A DNA stretch of 64,000 bases, counting the filler, from Bigelowiella natans CCMP2755 (Eukaryota > Protista > Cercozoa), in assembly GCA_000320545.1 (NCBI GenBank). It is 13 parts of 13 records of this genome, joined end to end, with 100 filler letters (N's around TTAATTAATTAA, not from the genome) between each part and the next. Parts side by side here need not be neighbours in the genome. Positions count along the whole stretch, not along the records: positions 11,784 to 21,061 come from ADNK01003588.1; positions 21,162 to 24,169 come from ADNK01002643.1; positions 24,270 to 28,151 come from ADNK01002496.1; 10 more parts are not named here. One strand, given 5' to 3'. A program made the translations under genes and the position numbers. Under the pieces are notes generated by a model. It ran no database searches and had not been told where the DNA came from. It saw only the letters and a list, made by a program, of their open reading frames with translations. Below, in pieces: positions 11,932 through 24,324 of this stretch; the stretch's first letter is position 1; every line of letters begins with the position of its first letter.

Positions 11932-14151
11932 CTTGGATCAAGAAGAAGGAAAGACTCCAGGCTGAGAAGAGGAGGAGCGAAAAGGAAAACAGGATGAAGC
12001 ACGTTTTGCGCGCCAGAATTTTGACGGCGGTAGCGCCTAGTAGGATTGTAGCATGTTCTTGCCAAAATACCGCTGATACATGTTTACACACGCTCAAGTA
12101 CACGTGCACTCAGAATGAACATGTTCCCCCGCATTGTCTTCCTTCGCCTTCAGTTGAGCGACAGGGAGAGTAGACACAATGAATGGCACAAAAGGAAGGC
12201 TGCGGAGGACAGGATGAGAAAGAAAGAGGTAGTAGTAGTAGTAGTAGCAGAGTATCGCCTTGATACCACTTTATCGCAAAAAACCGACGGATGCTCAAAG
12301 ACACTCAGGGGAAGGGTAATACGCATTCATTCTCCTCTTCAAAAAACAGGTGAAACTTGCTAGCGAGAGGCTCAAAAAGCAGATTGCTGATCAGGATGAA
12401 CTTAATCAAAGGGTAACACACAGATATTGTACCGCCAGCGATGACATCATATGGTATGCAATCTGCTCCTCATGGCCGCCTCATTACTCCTAGGCCCGCG
12501 ACGAGAATTTCAAGAAATGGCTCTCTGATGCACAGAGGAGGGAGCGGGCTAAGCTGAAGAAGCAGCAGGAACAGAGAGCTGCTGCAAAGGAGGCCATAAA
12601 GCAAATTCAAAAAGAGAAAATAAAGTAATCAGCGGAAGCAGTAGTAGTAGTAGTAGTAATTGTGGTAGGCTACTCGTTATGGCAGTAAGAGTGAAACTCA
12701 ACAATCCTCGATCAAACGCTGCTGTGCGACAACACAACTAACACGTAGGCATGCGAAGATCTCCAAGAGGGAGGAGGAAAAGATATACCGTCGTTTCCGA
12801 CAGTTCCAGAAGGAGGTAGACCTGCACCGATGATATATGCACAACCTGCCACACCGCCATTAGCTATTCAGCTGTATCAGCAGAATAGCGAGTCCCAAGT
12901 GTGTTTGCACTTCTCACATTGTGCCGTTCTGATTCTTGCTTTTCTCAATCGCCCCCTCCTTCCTCCCCTCCTCCCATGACCCAGGGATGGGTTCTGACGG
13001 CTGATTCAAAGACAGGCCGCTACTGCTATCGAAAGCCTGAGGAAGATGAAATCACCAAGATCAAGGTTCTTGTCTTCGTCGCCATCGTGCATAGAAGAAG
13101 AAGATGATGAAGAAGAAGAAGACGGGAGGAAATGCCTAAGATATTTCACGACATTATCTTATTTTTTGGAGATATAATGACATTTCAAGGCCAACATCGT
13201 CCGTTCTCCCCCTTTCACTCCAATTTTCCAGCGGATTGATATCTTCTTCTCTACCCCTCTTTGCTGCTCTGCTTGTTGCGTCGGGTGCATTCCCATCATC
13301 ATCGTCGTCATTATCATCAAAAACTTAGATCAAAGTTGAGCAGGAGGAGGCAAACAGGAAGATCCAGCTGAAAAAACAGGAAGAAGCAAAAAAGTGGGGA
13401 GGGTGGAAGGGGTTTTAAGGAGTTGTTGTGGGCTGTTTGGTCTTCTTCTTGATGGTCTTATTCTATCCTGATCTGCCTTGTTGCCCCCTCCTTTTATGTC
13501 TTTCGTTCGGAAGGAAGGGGGGGGAAGGGGGGGGGGGGGGGGGGGGGGGGCGTTCATGTACGTTTAGTTTCCTTTCCTCATTTGCTTTGTCCATCTTCAT
13601 ATCTGATGAATCTCTCCTCATGAGTAGTAGCTATCTTCTCCTTCTACATGGTCGATCGCCCCTCATCATACTCAAACGCATTGCAATTGCGAAACAGAGC
13701 TTACAAGAGATGGAAGCGGGAAAAAGAGGCCCAGCTGCGGAAGGATGAGGTCTCTTTCTCCCTCCCTCTCTCCCCCCCTCCTCCTTTCTTGCTCTGGCTG
13801 CGAATCACCCAACGAATCAACCACGTCAGGAGCGGCAAAAGGAGGAGGAAAAGGAGGAGATGGCGAAAAAAGACCAAGCAAGAAGGGTATTTTGAGAGTG
13901 CAATAGATCTCCTCTTTTCACCACTATACCCGTCTCCTCGTCCATTTCTAGCGTTCACGTAGTGACATCTCTTGCTGCATCGTCGTCGCCTTCTTCTTCT
14001 TCTTCTTCGAAATGTCTCTCATATCAGGCAACCTGGTGGAAACGTAAAAGCGTGATGTCCTACACTTCAGCGGCAGAGGAGCCAGGAATATTTGAGGTAG
14101 TAGTATCCGTACTAGCAAGTAGTAGTAGTAGTAGTAGTAGCAAAGTGTGAG

Positions 14152-14187
<36 letters not shown>

Positions 14188-14245
14188 TTTCCAAGGCGGC
14201 TTCGATAGCTGCAATGTAGTGTAACGTTGATGTCTGTGAGCGTCG

Positions 14246-14282
<37 letters not shown>

Positions 14283-14611
14283 AGTACAGATTTCGTCGAT
14301 TGATATATGTTGATGTGAATTACAATACAGAAAACGCCTCCGGAGGAAGAAAGAAAAGAGATGATAAAAAAAGTACACGCGAGAAGGGTATGAGTACATT
14401 TCCTCTTATTACCATCTTCATCCTGTTCATTTCTTTGCAGTGGAGAGATGTAGTGTTTGCCGTCCCAAGGCTGCTGAGTGCAGGCTGATCCACACATACA
14501 CACACACACATGCACACATGCACACAAGCACAAACATACAGACAGTGTCGATGCACCTTTGCGACTGTATCATTACTTTGGTATCATCATCATCATCATC
14601 ATCATCATCAT

Positions 14612-14699
<88 letters not shown>

Positions 14700-14791
14700 A
14701 TCAGACTAAGTGGTGGATGCGAAAGTGCGGGATGTGCTACAGATTAAAACCGAAGAAGCCAGGAGAAGTACATAAAAATGAAGATATTTAA
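11932..14791 (+). CDS. Hypothetical charged coiled-coil protein, multi-exon, 5' partial
   Basis: AG/GT-bounded exons encode WIKKKERLQAEKRRSEKE, LSDRESRHNEWHKRKAAEDRMRKKE, ARDENFKKWLSDAQRRERAKLKKQQEQ and GWVLTADSKTGRYCYRKPEE. A candidate last exon reads TKWWMRKCGMCYRL...NEDI*. Full linkage was not verified. Confidence 0.4.
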
Positions 14792-14956
14792 GACCACTCC
14801 ATGTCGTTTGCAGTCACATATCTGGCAGCACATACCTCGTTGACATTGAAACTTAATAGCAGAATTTTCCTCATTTTTCGCCGTCCCCCCCCTCCGTGGG
14901 AGTACTGTTCCAACGGCTAATGCGCGTTGTCCACATGAATTACTGCAACACAGCAA

Positions 14957-15385
14957 ATGAACCCCCCTCAAGAACAAGGAACCGACGACCCCGTCAAGAG
15001 GATTGCTGATGTGCTGAAGAGGGCCGAGAAGCAGTTCCACCAAATCGATCGTAACTCTGACGGCTACGTGACCATGGCGGAGCTGATCAGACAAGTGCGC
15101 GCTGGTGACCGGGAAGTGGCGGAGTTTCTCGGCGTTGAAGAGGACGAAGTGGAGGTGAAGGAGGCCAGTCGCGGCAAGCACAGTCTCGTGAGGATGTTCA
15201 CTTCCGTCGATCTGGATTCCGATAAGAAAGTCTCTCTGAGTGAGTACCTGACAGCGGTACGCAAGGTTGCACGGGAGAAACTCCGTGCCGGCAATGGCAA
15301 GGACGCGGGAAACAAATCCCTGGCCTTCGAGGAGGACGCAAAGAACACAAACACCATCAGAATCAAATGGGGTAATAATGTATAG
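14957..15385 (+). CDS. EF-hand calcium-binding protein (2 EF-hands), single exon
   Basis: 142-aa ORF with canonical loops DRNSDGYVTMAE and DLDSDKKVSLSE. Confidence 0.85.
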   Translation: MNPPQEQGTDDPVKRIADVLKRAEKQFHQIDRNSDGYVTMAELIRQVRAGDREVAEFLGVEEDEVEVKEASRGKHSLVRMFTSVDLDSDKKVSLSEYLTAVRKVAREKLRAGNGKDAGNKSLAFEEDAKNTNTIRIKWGNNV

Positions 15386-15599
15386 AAAAACAATCAGAAG
15401 AGGGCGGAGAAAGAAGAAGCAAACGTAACGCGTAAGCTACGAAGTACTGTGTGTGTGCATGTGTGTGCAGTGAAGTTACATACAGTTCATTGTTCTTGAG
15501 CGGTACACACACACATAGACGTACAACACAGAGCTGCATTTGCGTCTCCTGTGCGCGAGTTGTTATACTAATTCTCAAATCGTAAGTTTATCGTTGCGG

Positions 15600-16075
15600 T
15601 GAACAAATATATAGTTGACTAGCATACAATGAGATGCGCATTAGCCCCCATGAGTCGTAGCCATCAGCACTGCTAGAGCATGCAGCAACGTAACAGCCGA
15701 ACGGCTACGATACGTACTGCCTGCGATGCTCACATCCGCGCAAGCATGCAATGCTGCTATGGTGTAGTGCACCGCCATGTGATAGACAAAGTAACAATAT
15801 AACATCATGCACACTACACACACATGGCATTACGTGTCTATATGATCCATGCAGAGCAAATGCAGCATCCTAGCTTGCTAGCCTGCACGTACAGATAGGC
15901 TAGTAGGCACAGTAGTCGTCTGACTTTAACAAGATGCTTTATCGATCAGCGCGGCTTCTCTAAGCGCGTATGTCTTGTTGACTGCCTAGGCGGCTGTGGA
16001 TTGCATGCACTATGCCTTGCGCCAGGCGGCGACGAATGGGCTTTGCACTATTACTAGTAATCGATGTAATAATGT
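15600..16075. other. Palindrome-rich intergenic spacer between convergent 3' ends
   Basis: Dense GCATGC, GCTAGC, TGCGCA, TACGTA, ATCGAT, CCTAGG and TTACTAGTAA; no long microsatellites. Confidence 0.5.
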
Positions 16076-16173
16076 TTACATGGTACGCTTTTCTCTATGC
16101 AGTGACAATTCGAATAAAGCCTTCATAATAAAATAGCCCTCGATGCATCTTGACATTGGGGGGCTTGCTTTTC

Positions 16174-17127
16174 TCACGTCCTCCCAGAGGTCCCGCCCAC
16201 CAATGCCTCCGGTAATACGCCTGATGAGGACTTTGCAGCGACCTGCACGGGTGGTGCAGAGCATGTCTTCCCGGAATATCCATGGATACATCTACACGTT
16301 CCATCGATGCACAGTCCCATGTCGCACTCGGGGCTGCAGTCTTCGCGAGATGATGCAAGGGGGGAAAAAGGAAGGGCACGCAAATAGTGTACATTTAGAC
16401 GATCAGAAGACATGGGCTGGCCGTACACACACACGCACACGCACACGCACACATGGTACTTTTTGTAAAATCTGTTACCCCCTACTAAACCCACATTGAT
16501 TTAATTAGTACGGAAAAAACAAAACAAAGCCCCGCCACCGAATAAACGGTAATAATGTGTATTCCGTGCGAATTCGCCCCCTTTCTCTCCTTAAACATTT
16601 GTCGTACATCGTATCGCTGCTTACCCTTCTTGACGACGCCACAGCTGACTCCATCGAAGCCTGCGTCGCACATGCACTTTCCGAACGAGCAGATACCCCG
16701 GCCATGGCAGTCCATCGGGCACGGAAGCTGCATTTTCCGCTCGCATGTTTTCCCGAAGTACGGCGGATGGCAGTAGCATTTGCCGAACAAACACTCTCCG
16801 TGATCCGAACAATTGTTGGCACATCGATGTGCCAATGGCCCGCCCTCGACGTATGCACAGCTTGGACCGCCATACCTGTGGCAAGGCGAAAGAAGGGGAG
16901 GGGTCAGAGCAGCTCTTACAACGCGTATTCGATGGCGGTGATTCTCGCGGTGTGTTTAGCTTCTACACGGCCGTCCGCTACTCCCGGTATAAACAAAATC
17001 GTATGTGAGTTTGAATATTGCACTGTGCAAACCGGCTCGCTGAGATGCTACTTTTATTTGTCATTTGTGAAGGAAAAACGCTGATGTGCTTCACTAGCGC
17101 TACTGCAACAACTGCTACTTCTTCCAA

Positions 17128-17160
<33 letters not shown>

Positions 17161-17417
17161 AATGCTTACAAACAATGATAATAACAGTAATAACAATACC
17201 CTGTCTCACAAAAGCAGCGCCCGCTCACGCACACGCCGTGCATCGAGCATGCATTCGGGCATTTAGGGGCAGGCGGTCGTAGAGCCTCTTCAAGGGCTGT
17301 CTTTCGTTCCTGTGCAATGCCAAAAAAAGAAGGCTCAGGCCACTGCGAAATGATCGTGGGGACGATGGCAACGCGTATGGTAAGGGGAAAACCGCCTTAG
17401 GTGTGAGCGAATAGAAA

Positions 17418-17472
<55 letters not shown>

Positions 17473-18321
17473 TGTGTACTACTACCTGGTAATCACTCTT
17501 GACGGAGCAGCTCTTGCCTATCCAGCCAGGCACACAAAAGCACTTTCCGTGCGCGCAGACCCCGTTCTTCGAGCAGTTGTAGGGGCATGGTTTCTTGAAC
17601 TAGGAGGGGGGAGAGAAGGAGAGGTGTGGAACAGGTAAGTCATCCCTCTCAAAGTGTGTGAGGAAAGTGTGGCCACTGGGGGATTGGGATAGGGCGGATG
17701 GCGGATTAACTCTTCTACCACTACTGGCGAGATATATCTTACTGTGATTCTTTCATATTGCTACCTGGCAATGGTCCCCGAAGAACCCAGGCTGGCAAAA
17801 GCACTGGCCAAAGTGGCAGCTCCCGCGTTTCGAGCAGTCGCTCTCGCACTTGGTGGCGAGGGCGCTCTCGATCTCGCACGCGAGGCCTTCGTACCCGCGG
17901 AGGCAGAAGCACTGCTGGTCTTTGCACACGCCGCGTCCATTGCAGTTGGAGGGGCAGGTGCTACCACTACTACTACTACTACTACTAGCGCCAGCATCAG
18001 CGGTTCGGTTTGCTTCTTCAGCCGTCGTCGCAGTTGTCGGTGTCGTTATCGTAGCGACCCCTGACTCACACCCGGCGCCTGAGTAGCCAGGGAGGCACGC
18101 ACACGCACCGTTCACACACACGCCGCGGCCAGTGCAGTTGAGCGGACAATCCTGTCTCGATGCACAGTCAGGCCCCGAGAATCCTGGGAGGCAGTGGCAC
18201 ACACCGCCGACGCATTTGCCCTGTCCTGCGGAGCAGCCCAAGGGGCATATCTCCTTCTTTGTGCAGCCTGGACCTGGGAGGGGGGGGGGGGAGGGGGGGG
18301 TCAAAGTACACGCGCGTTCTT

Positions 18322-18356
<35 letters not shown>

Positions 18357-18470
18357 CACATCGACAAAATATACTCTACTAAAACACATTTACACAATTC
18401 CTATATGTGACTTACACCGTAATGGAAAAACTATCTGTGCAATAGATGTCTCACACATCATCGCTCGCAC

Positions 18471-18510
<40 letters not shown>

Positions 18511-20938
18511 TCATGCGCGCGCGCGAAACGCCAAACTACCTCCATATCCGGGGTAACAGAAGCACTTCCCGTACGCGCATACCCCATTGCCATTGCATTG
18601 GTCCGCTTCACACTTTTCGGCTAGTTGGCAGCTGTCCCCATGATAGCCTGGAGCGCAGTAGCAACGCCCACCGAAGCACTGGCCTGTGCGATTTCATCGA
18701 CAAGATAACGACACATATGAGGAGATGCGTGTACATCAAAGATCAACGATCCCGCTTTCAAGCAGCGGGGAAGAGGAAAACGCGATGAAAAGCTACGATA
18801 GTCTAGCATACACATATGTATTTACCGTGGTTGCTGCAATTGCTAGGACAAGAATCGTCCGACTCGAAAAGCTCGCATTTGTCCCCTTTGAAGCCCTTGA
18901 AACATAGACACGAGCCTGAGTTGAGGCACATCCCGTTGAACGAGCAGTTTCCGGGGCACACAGGGGCATCCAGGCAAGCTGGCCCCGTCCACTGCGGCTG
19001 ACATATACCTGGCAAGAGGAATGATGGTGATTTTTCGAAAATGATCAACACATCGTTCAAAAACAAACGCGCACACACGCACATAAAAACACGGGCATCT
19101 GACGTGTTAGTATATGTTTACCATGATAATAATTGTGTTGTGTGTGTTGTGTTGTGTGTGTTGTGTGTGTGTTGTACAGCTGCCGACGACACATTCTCCG
19201 TGGCCATTACAGTCTCCAGGGCAACGCATGCCCTTGTCACAAGCTTCCCCTTCGTATCTGGACGCAGCGAAACGACAAAACAACCACGATGATGACAACG
19301 ATGACTAGTATCATGTTCGATGCTCTTAGGTATCTCCATTCCCTCCCTCCTCCTCCTCCTCCTCCTCCTCCTCCTCCTCCTCCATCTTCTCCTCCTTCCC
19401 ATGTTCCAACACATGTATAGCAAAGAAAAATGTCTTTGCCGATATCTGCAAGGCTACCGATGTCATCTCGCAGGAGACGGATCCACGGTGCACAGCATGC
19501 GGTTAAATAAAGCCCCCGCAAAAAATGCTATTGAAATGTGTATTATGCACTGTGGCCGTTCCCGAAATTCATTGTCTTTTTTTTCCTTTGAGAAACGATT
19601 ATGTGTGTGTTTTTGTCCAGACCCTGGCTGGCATGTGCATTTGCCGGAGAGCCCATCGCACACGCCATTGCCGGAGCATGGCAGCGATGTTGTCGTCGGA
19701 CATTCGTAGGTGAGGTTGCAGGCGGGGCCATGATGGAGCGGATCGCAATGGCATGTGCCTTCGATACCTGGGGAGGGAAACACACACACACACGCGCACG
19801 CACATACACACAAGCATAAGCAAAAGCACACGCACATCAATGGACTTCTCTTTCCTCTCCCGCGCCCCCGCGACTACTCCTCTCCCTCTTTCCATATTTT
19901 TTTTTCCCACTCACATTTGCCGTGCAGGCATCCATCTTTGCACGTGACGGCGCAGGACGCTCCACTGAAGCCCTCATCGCATTCGCATATCCCAGCCTTG
20001 CATTTTCCGTTTCCAGAGCAGTCGTTTGGGCACCCGATTTGCGCGCAATCAGGTCCTGTCCAGCCGTCACGACATGCGCATTTGCCGGACTCCATGCACA
20101 TTCCGTGTGTCCCCGTGCAGTTGCTTGGGCACGTGACGAGCGTCGCACAATCGCTGCCGAAGTACCTGTCGTCCATATTCACAACAACGCAAATTAATAA
20201 TTTGACAAAGATGCTGGTTGGATGTTGTGTTGAATGTGCGTGTGCGCCTCAACCATCATTACCCTGAGTAGCAAGAGCAGTTTCCTGATTCAGGCTGGCA
20301 GTAACCGTTGTTCCAGCAGTCGTTCGGGCACAGCCTTTTCTCGCAGGCAAGGCCATGAAACCCCTCATCGCACTCGCACACCCCCCCCACCGTCACCGGG
20401 CTCTCGGGGGAGTAGGGTCCTGCCATGCTTGTCTCTGAGCTAAGCGTCAATGCCCCCGTCTACGAATGGAGACGCGCACAAACACAAGAAACACAACGCA
20501 CCGTCATCAAATCACCATCACCATTGACAAATGTCAGGAATGCCGCATTGCTCAGGTAGGTACATTGCACTTGCCGTGCCCAGAGCATCCCTTGGGGCAT
20601 TCGAGCTTAATAGAACAATCAGCGCCGCCGTAGTGAGGGTCACATTGACATGTGCCATTCAGCATCTTCCCGTGCCCTGATTTGCGAAGAAGAGGAGATC
20701 AGTTGCTCATACCCCCTCCAGGAACACACACGCACGCACGTTGTGCATGTGCGAGTGTTATATTTACGTCGCAGAACAGATACAGATGCCCGGAAGAAGG
20801 CATTTCAGAAATTCGCCTTACTCTCATTATCGTGAAAGATTGATTCATTCTCAATCCCACGTGTTGAGCAGTAACCTTGGCATGTCGCATCGATCTGGCA
20901 GTGGTCCCCTCCATACCCTGGGTTACATCGGCATACGC
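16174..20938 (-). CDS. Tenascin/teneurin-type EGF-repeat protein, multi-exon, 5' partial
   Basis: Roughly 20 repeats of CPxxCSxxGxCxxGxCxCxxGxxGxxC across many exons (e.g. CPLNCTGRGVCVNGACACLPGYSGAGC, CPNDCSGNGKCKAGICECDEGFSGASC). The last exon ends ...LVGGTSGRT* at 16174. Confidence 0.9.
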
Positions 20939-21061
20939 CTGGGGTGGTATAGGTGAAGGAGAAAGGGCAGAAGAGGGAAGGGTGTTATAGATTATTGAAG
21001 GTATGAACAACTCTCATTTTACTCTCTCTCTCTCTCTGTCTCTCTCTCTCTCTCTCTGGGA

Positions 21062-21161
21062 NNNNNNNNNNNNNNNNNNNNNNNNNNNNNNNNNNNNNNN
21101 NNNNNTTAATTAATTAANNNNNNNNNNNNNNNNNNNNNNNNNNNNNNNNNNNNNNNNNNNN
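21062..21161. other. Artificial contig spacer
   Basis: N44-TTAATTAATTAA-N44. Confidence 0.97.
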
Positions 21162-21221
21162 ACTTTGCCCTTTCCTCCTCATCCTCCGCAGTGCATACTC
21201 ACGATAAAAACAATATCTCTT

Positions 21222-21254
<33 letters not shown>

Positions 21255-21291
21255 TTGCTGCTGCTGCTGCTGCTGCTTTCGTTTCCCTCAG

Positions 21292-22952
21292 GTTGGAGAA
21301 CGCGAACATCCCAACCGAATTTCGAGTGAAGGGGTACTCTATCGACGGCTCGGTTCTGTCCTCCGGCGGCACGATTGCGGGTGCAAAGCTCCTTCTCTGC
21401 CCGTCCTCCCTGGGGGAGAAGAAGAAGCAGCATCAGCAGCAGCAGCGCGACAGCTCCTCTGGGGCAGCCAAGAGCAGCAGCTGTCTAGTCACCGAGACTG
21501 ACAAGCAGGGGCGGTTTCAGTTCTCAAGCCTCGCTTGCGGCCGTTACGCTCTCTCCGCCTCGTACGAGGACGACCTAACGACCTTCGATATAGCCCCCAA
21601 GCTGCTCCCCGTATCCGTGCTTCATAGCGACGTCTCGCTCGGGCCCGCGGCGTTTGAGGTGAGGGGTTTCTCCGTCACGGGAAGGGTTCTGGATCCAGAG
21701 GGGGGGGGGGTGGCGGGGCCAAGCTGATGATCAACGGCATCGAGAGCGCGGTGACCGGGCCGGACGGCGTGTTCACGCTCGATAGCATGCGGAGCGGCAA
21801 GTACGTCATCACCGCCGCGAAAGAGCACATGACCTTCACGGCGCTCCGCAACCAGATCCTCTCGCCCACGCTCGCGCAGCTGCCCCCCCTCACGCTATCC
21901 AAGTACGACATCTGCGGCAGCGCTGACTCGGGGGAGGGGGCGGCCGCGGCAGGGAGGACGGTGCAGCTGCAGGGGCCGGAGGGCCTTCGCATGACATCGA
22001 AAACGGACAAGAACGGCGCCTTTTGCTTCTCGGTCCCCCCCGGGCGCTACACCATCACCCCTGCCCTCACCGCCGCCGAGAAGGCCCAGGGCAAGATCTT
22101 GTCCCCCCCCTCCCGCGAGATCTCGCTGACGACGAGGCCGTTTTTGAGCGCCTTGTTCGTCCAGGGAATGGTCTCTGTTTCTGGGAGGGTGCGCTGCCTC
22201 TCCTCCTCCTCCTCCTCCTCGCCGCTGTGTGATGCCAGTGACGGGGTCAAGGTTCTCCTCGCCCCGGTCGCAGCGGGCGGGGGGGGCAGCCACGAGAGCG
22301 CTGCGGCTGCCATCACCTCCCCCGTCGTGGGGAACGGAGAGTTCGCCTTGGAGAACGTTTATCCGGGGGCCTACAAGATCTCCGCGCAGCGCGACGGCTG
22401 GTGCTTCGAGGAGGGGGGGGTCGTTGAAGTTGCCTATGCGCCGGTTGAGGACGTGGTCCTCCGGCAGTCCGGGTTCCGACTCTCCTGCACGCTGTCCCAC
22501 GACATGAACATCTCCATTGCGCCGCCTGAGGAGGAGGGGAAGGGGCGCACCACGTTCAGCCTGAAGAAGGGGACAAATGACTTCTGTGTGCCGACCCCCG
22601 GCATCTACCGCATCCGCGGGGACGAGTGTCTGCGCTTCAAGGAGGAAGAGCTGCGTTTTGACACGAATGCGCCACGCCCGCTTGTGCTCTCGGCTACGCA
22701 ATATCAGATCAGGGGGATGATCATGGTAAGGGGGGGGGGCGGGGGAGGGGGAGGGGGGAGTTGATTGGTTGGTTGGTACTAATGCTGCAGTATCAGTGTT
22801 AGTATGAATAGTTGTAGTAGACGTTGTGCTGACAATGGTAGTGGTAGTAGTAGTAGTAGTAGTAGTAGTGCCTTATGGAAGGTTTATGATTTGCTACTCA
22901 CATCTTACCCCTTTCCCCTCCCCCCTCTGCCATCCCCCCAACATTAAATATG

Positions 22953-22988
<36 letters not shown>

Positions 22989-23945
22989 TATGCACCGTGT
23001 ATTACGTCTCGTTTGGCGTTATTATGATTCTCGCCTGATGGAACTTGTACTACCACTACTACTACCACTACTACTTCTCCCTCTCCTACTTCCACACATC
23101 CAACAATACCAACAACAACAGGCAAAATCAACCCAATCTATCACCTCTGTGCTCGTCAAGAAGCGAAGCAGCGAAGGAGCAGCTGAGACCGAGCCGTCCG
23201 TCATCGAGATCGCCCCCGCATCCCTCCTCCCGGAAAAAGACGCCGGCGGGGCGGTCATTGGGTACACGTACAGCTTCTGGGCAGGGGAGGGGGAGCGTCT
23301 CGAGATCGCAATAAAGCCAAATCTAGAGAGCAGCAGAGGTCGCGGCAGCAAGGGAGGGGGGACGAAGGAGGAGACCGCCCCCCTCCTCTTCTACCCTCGG
23401 AAGATGCTGCTGACTGTTGAAGGGGGTGGGTGCCCCGAGCCGCTCCCGCCGTTTCAGGGGCGTCTTGCACGCTTTGTCACGGGTAAGGTCTCTCCAGCAG
23501 TGGCAAACGTGAAGGTTGAGGTGTTCACCTCTACTGCGACGAAGACGAGTAGAAAAGGCGAAGGAGAACGTCCTCTCGCGGCTAGTGCCCTGACCGATAT
23601 CAACGGTCGGTACCGCGCTGGGCCGCTCTATGACGACGAGGAGTACATCGCCACGGCCTCTCGCCAAGGCTATCACATGGTGCTTGAGGAGGGGGGCGGG
23701 GCGGGGGGGAAGGGGCAACCGAGCACCGCGCAATGGACGTTCAACTTCAAAGGCCTCCAGCTTGGGGAGCTGCGCGTGCGCATCCAGAAGCAGGGGGGGG
23801 GGGGGCGATCGAGGGCGTGCTCATGTCTATCAGCAGTGATGCAAGCTACAGGGGTAAAAAACGCTCGGATGGGGGCCGAAACATCCTATTTTCTGGGGTA
23901 TTTCCTGGGCGGGACTTCCTCCCTCCCCTGTTAAAAGAGTATAAA
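21292..23945 (+). CDS. NOMO1: Nodal modulator (NOMO)-like ER membrane protein, internal fragment with two apparent frameshifts in G runs
   Basis: Exons 21292-22725 and 23122 to about 23945 encode tandem prealbumin-like repeats: FEVRGFSVTGRVL, TGPDGVFTLDSMRSGKYVITAAKEH, LLFYP, GRYRAGPLYDD, IEGVLMSIS. Frame breaks occur at about 21715 and about 23800. Confidence 0.85.
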
Positions 23946-24169
23946 GGAGCGCGATCTCTTGTTTTCCTAATGGCGGGGGGGGGGGGGGGGGGGGGGGGCA
24001 CTTTGGTGGCCCCCCAAAGGGGGGGGGGGAAAATTTTTGTTTAAAAAAAATTCAAATTTTACCCCATCCCCGGGGGTTTCTCAAATCCCAAGCCCCCCCA
24101 AAAAAAGCCACACCAAAAAAATTATCACCTCCCCAAACACTTTTTGGGATATCTCCCCCGGGGGGGGGG

Positions 24170-24269
24170 NNNNNNNNNNNNNNNNNNNNNNNNNNNNNNN
24201 NNNNNNNNNNNNNTTAATTAATTAANNNNNNNNNNNNNNNNNNNNNNNNNNNNNNNNNNNNNNNNNNNN
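24170..24269. other. Artificial contig spacer
   Basis: N44-TTAATTAATTAA-N44. Confidence 0.97.
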
Positions 24270-24292
24270 TTTCCGTACTACCACCTTCCTCT

Positions 24293-24324
<32 letters not shown>

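Noticed and set aside
16500-16620. C-terminal TM helix (IITVYSVAGLCFVFSVLI) in the EGF protein ORF
   Set aside because: It lies after a strong GTAAG donor and before another EGF exon, so it is probably intron read-through
21700-23810. Frameshifts in NOMO suggesting a pseudogene or programmed frameshifting
   Set aside because: Both fall in G homopolymers and the flanking protein is intact, so they are most likely sequencing errors
23850-24169. Odd homopolymer-rich tracts after poly-G runs (also about 4690-4957, 11520-11683, 46373-46460, 60921-61000, 63480-63680)
   Set aside because: They look like degraded read tails following long G runs, mostly at contig ends
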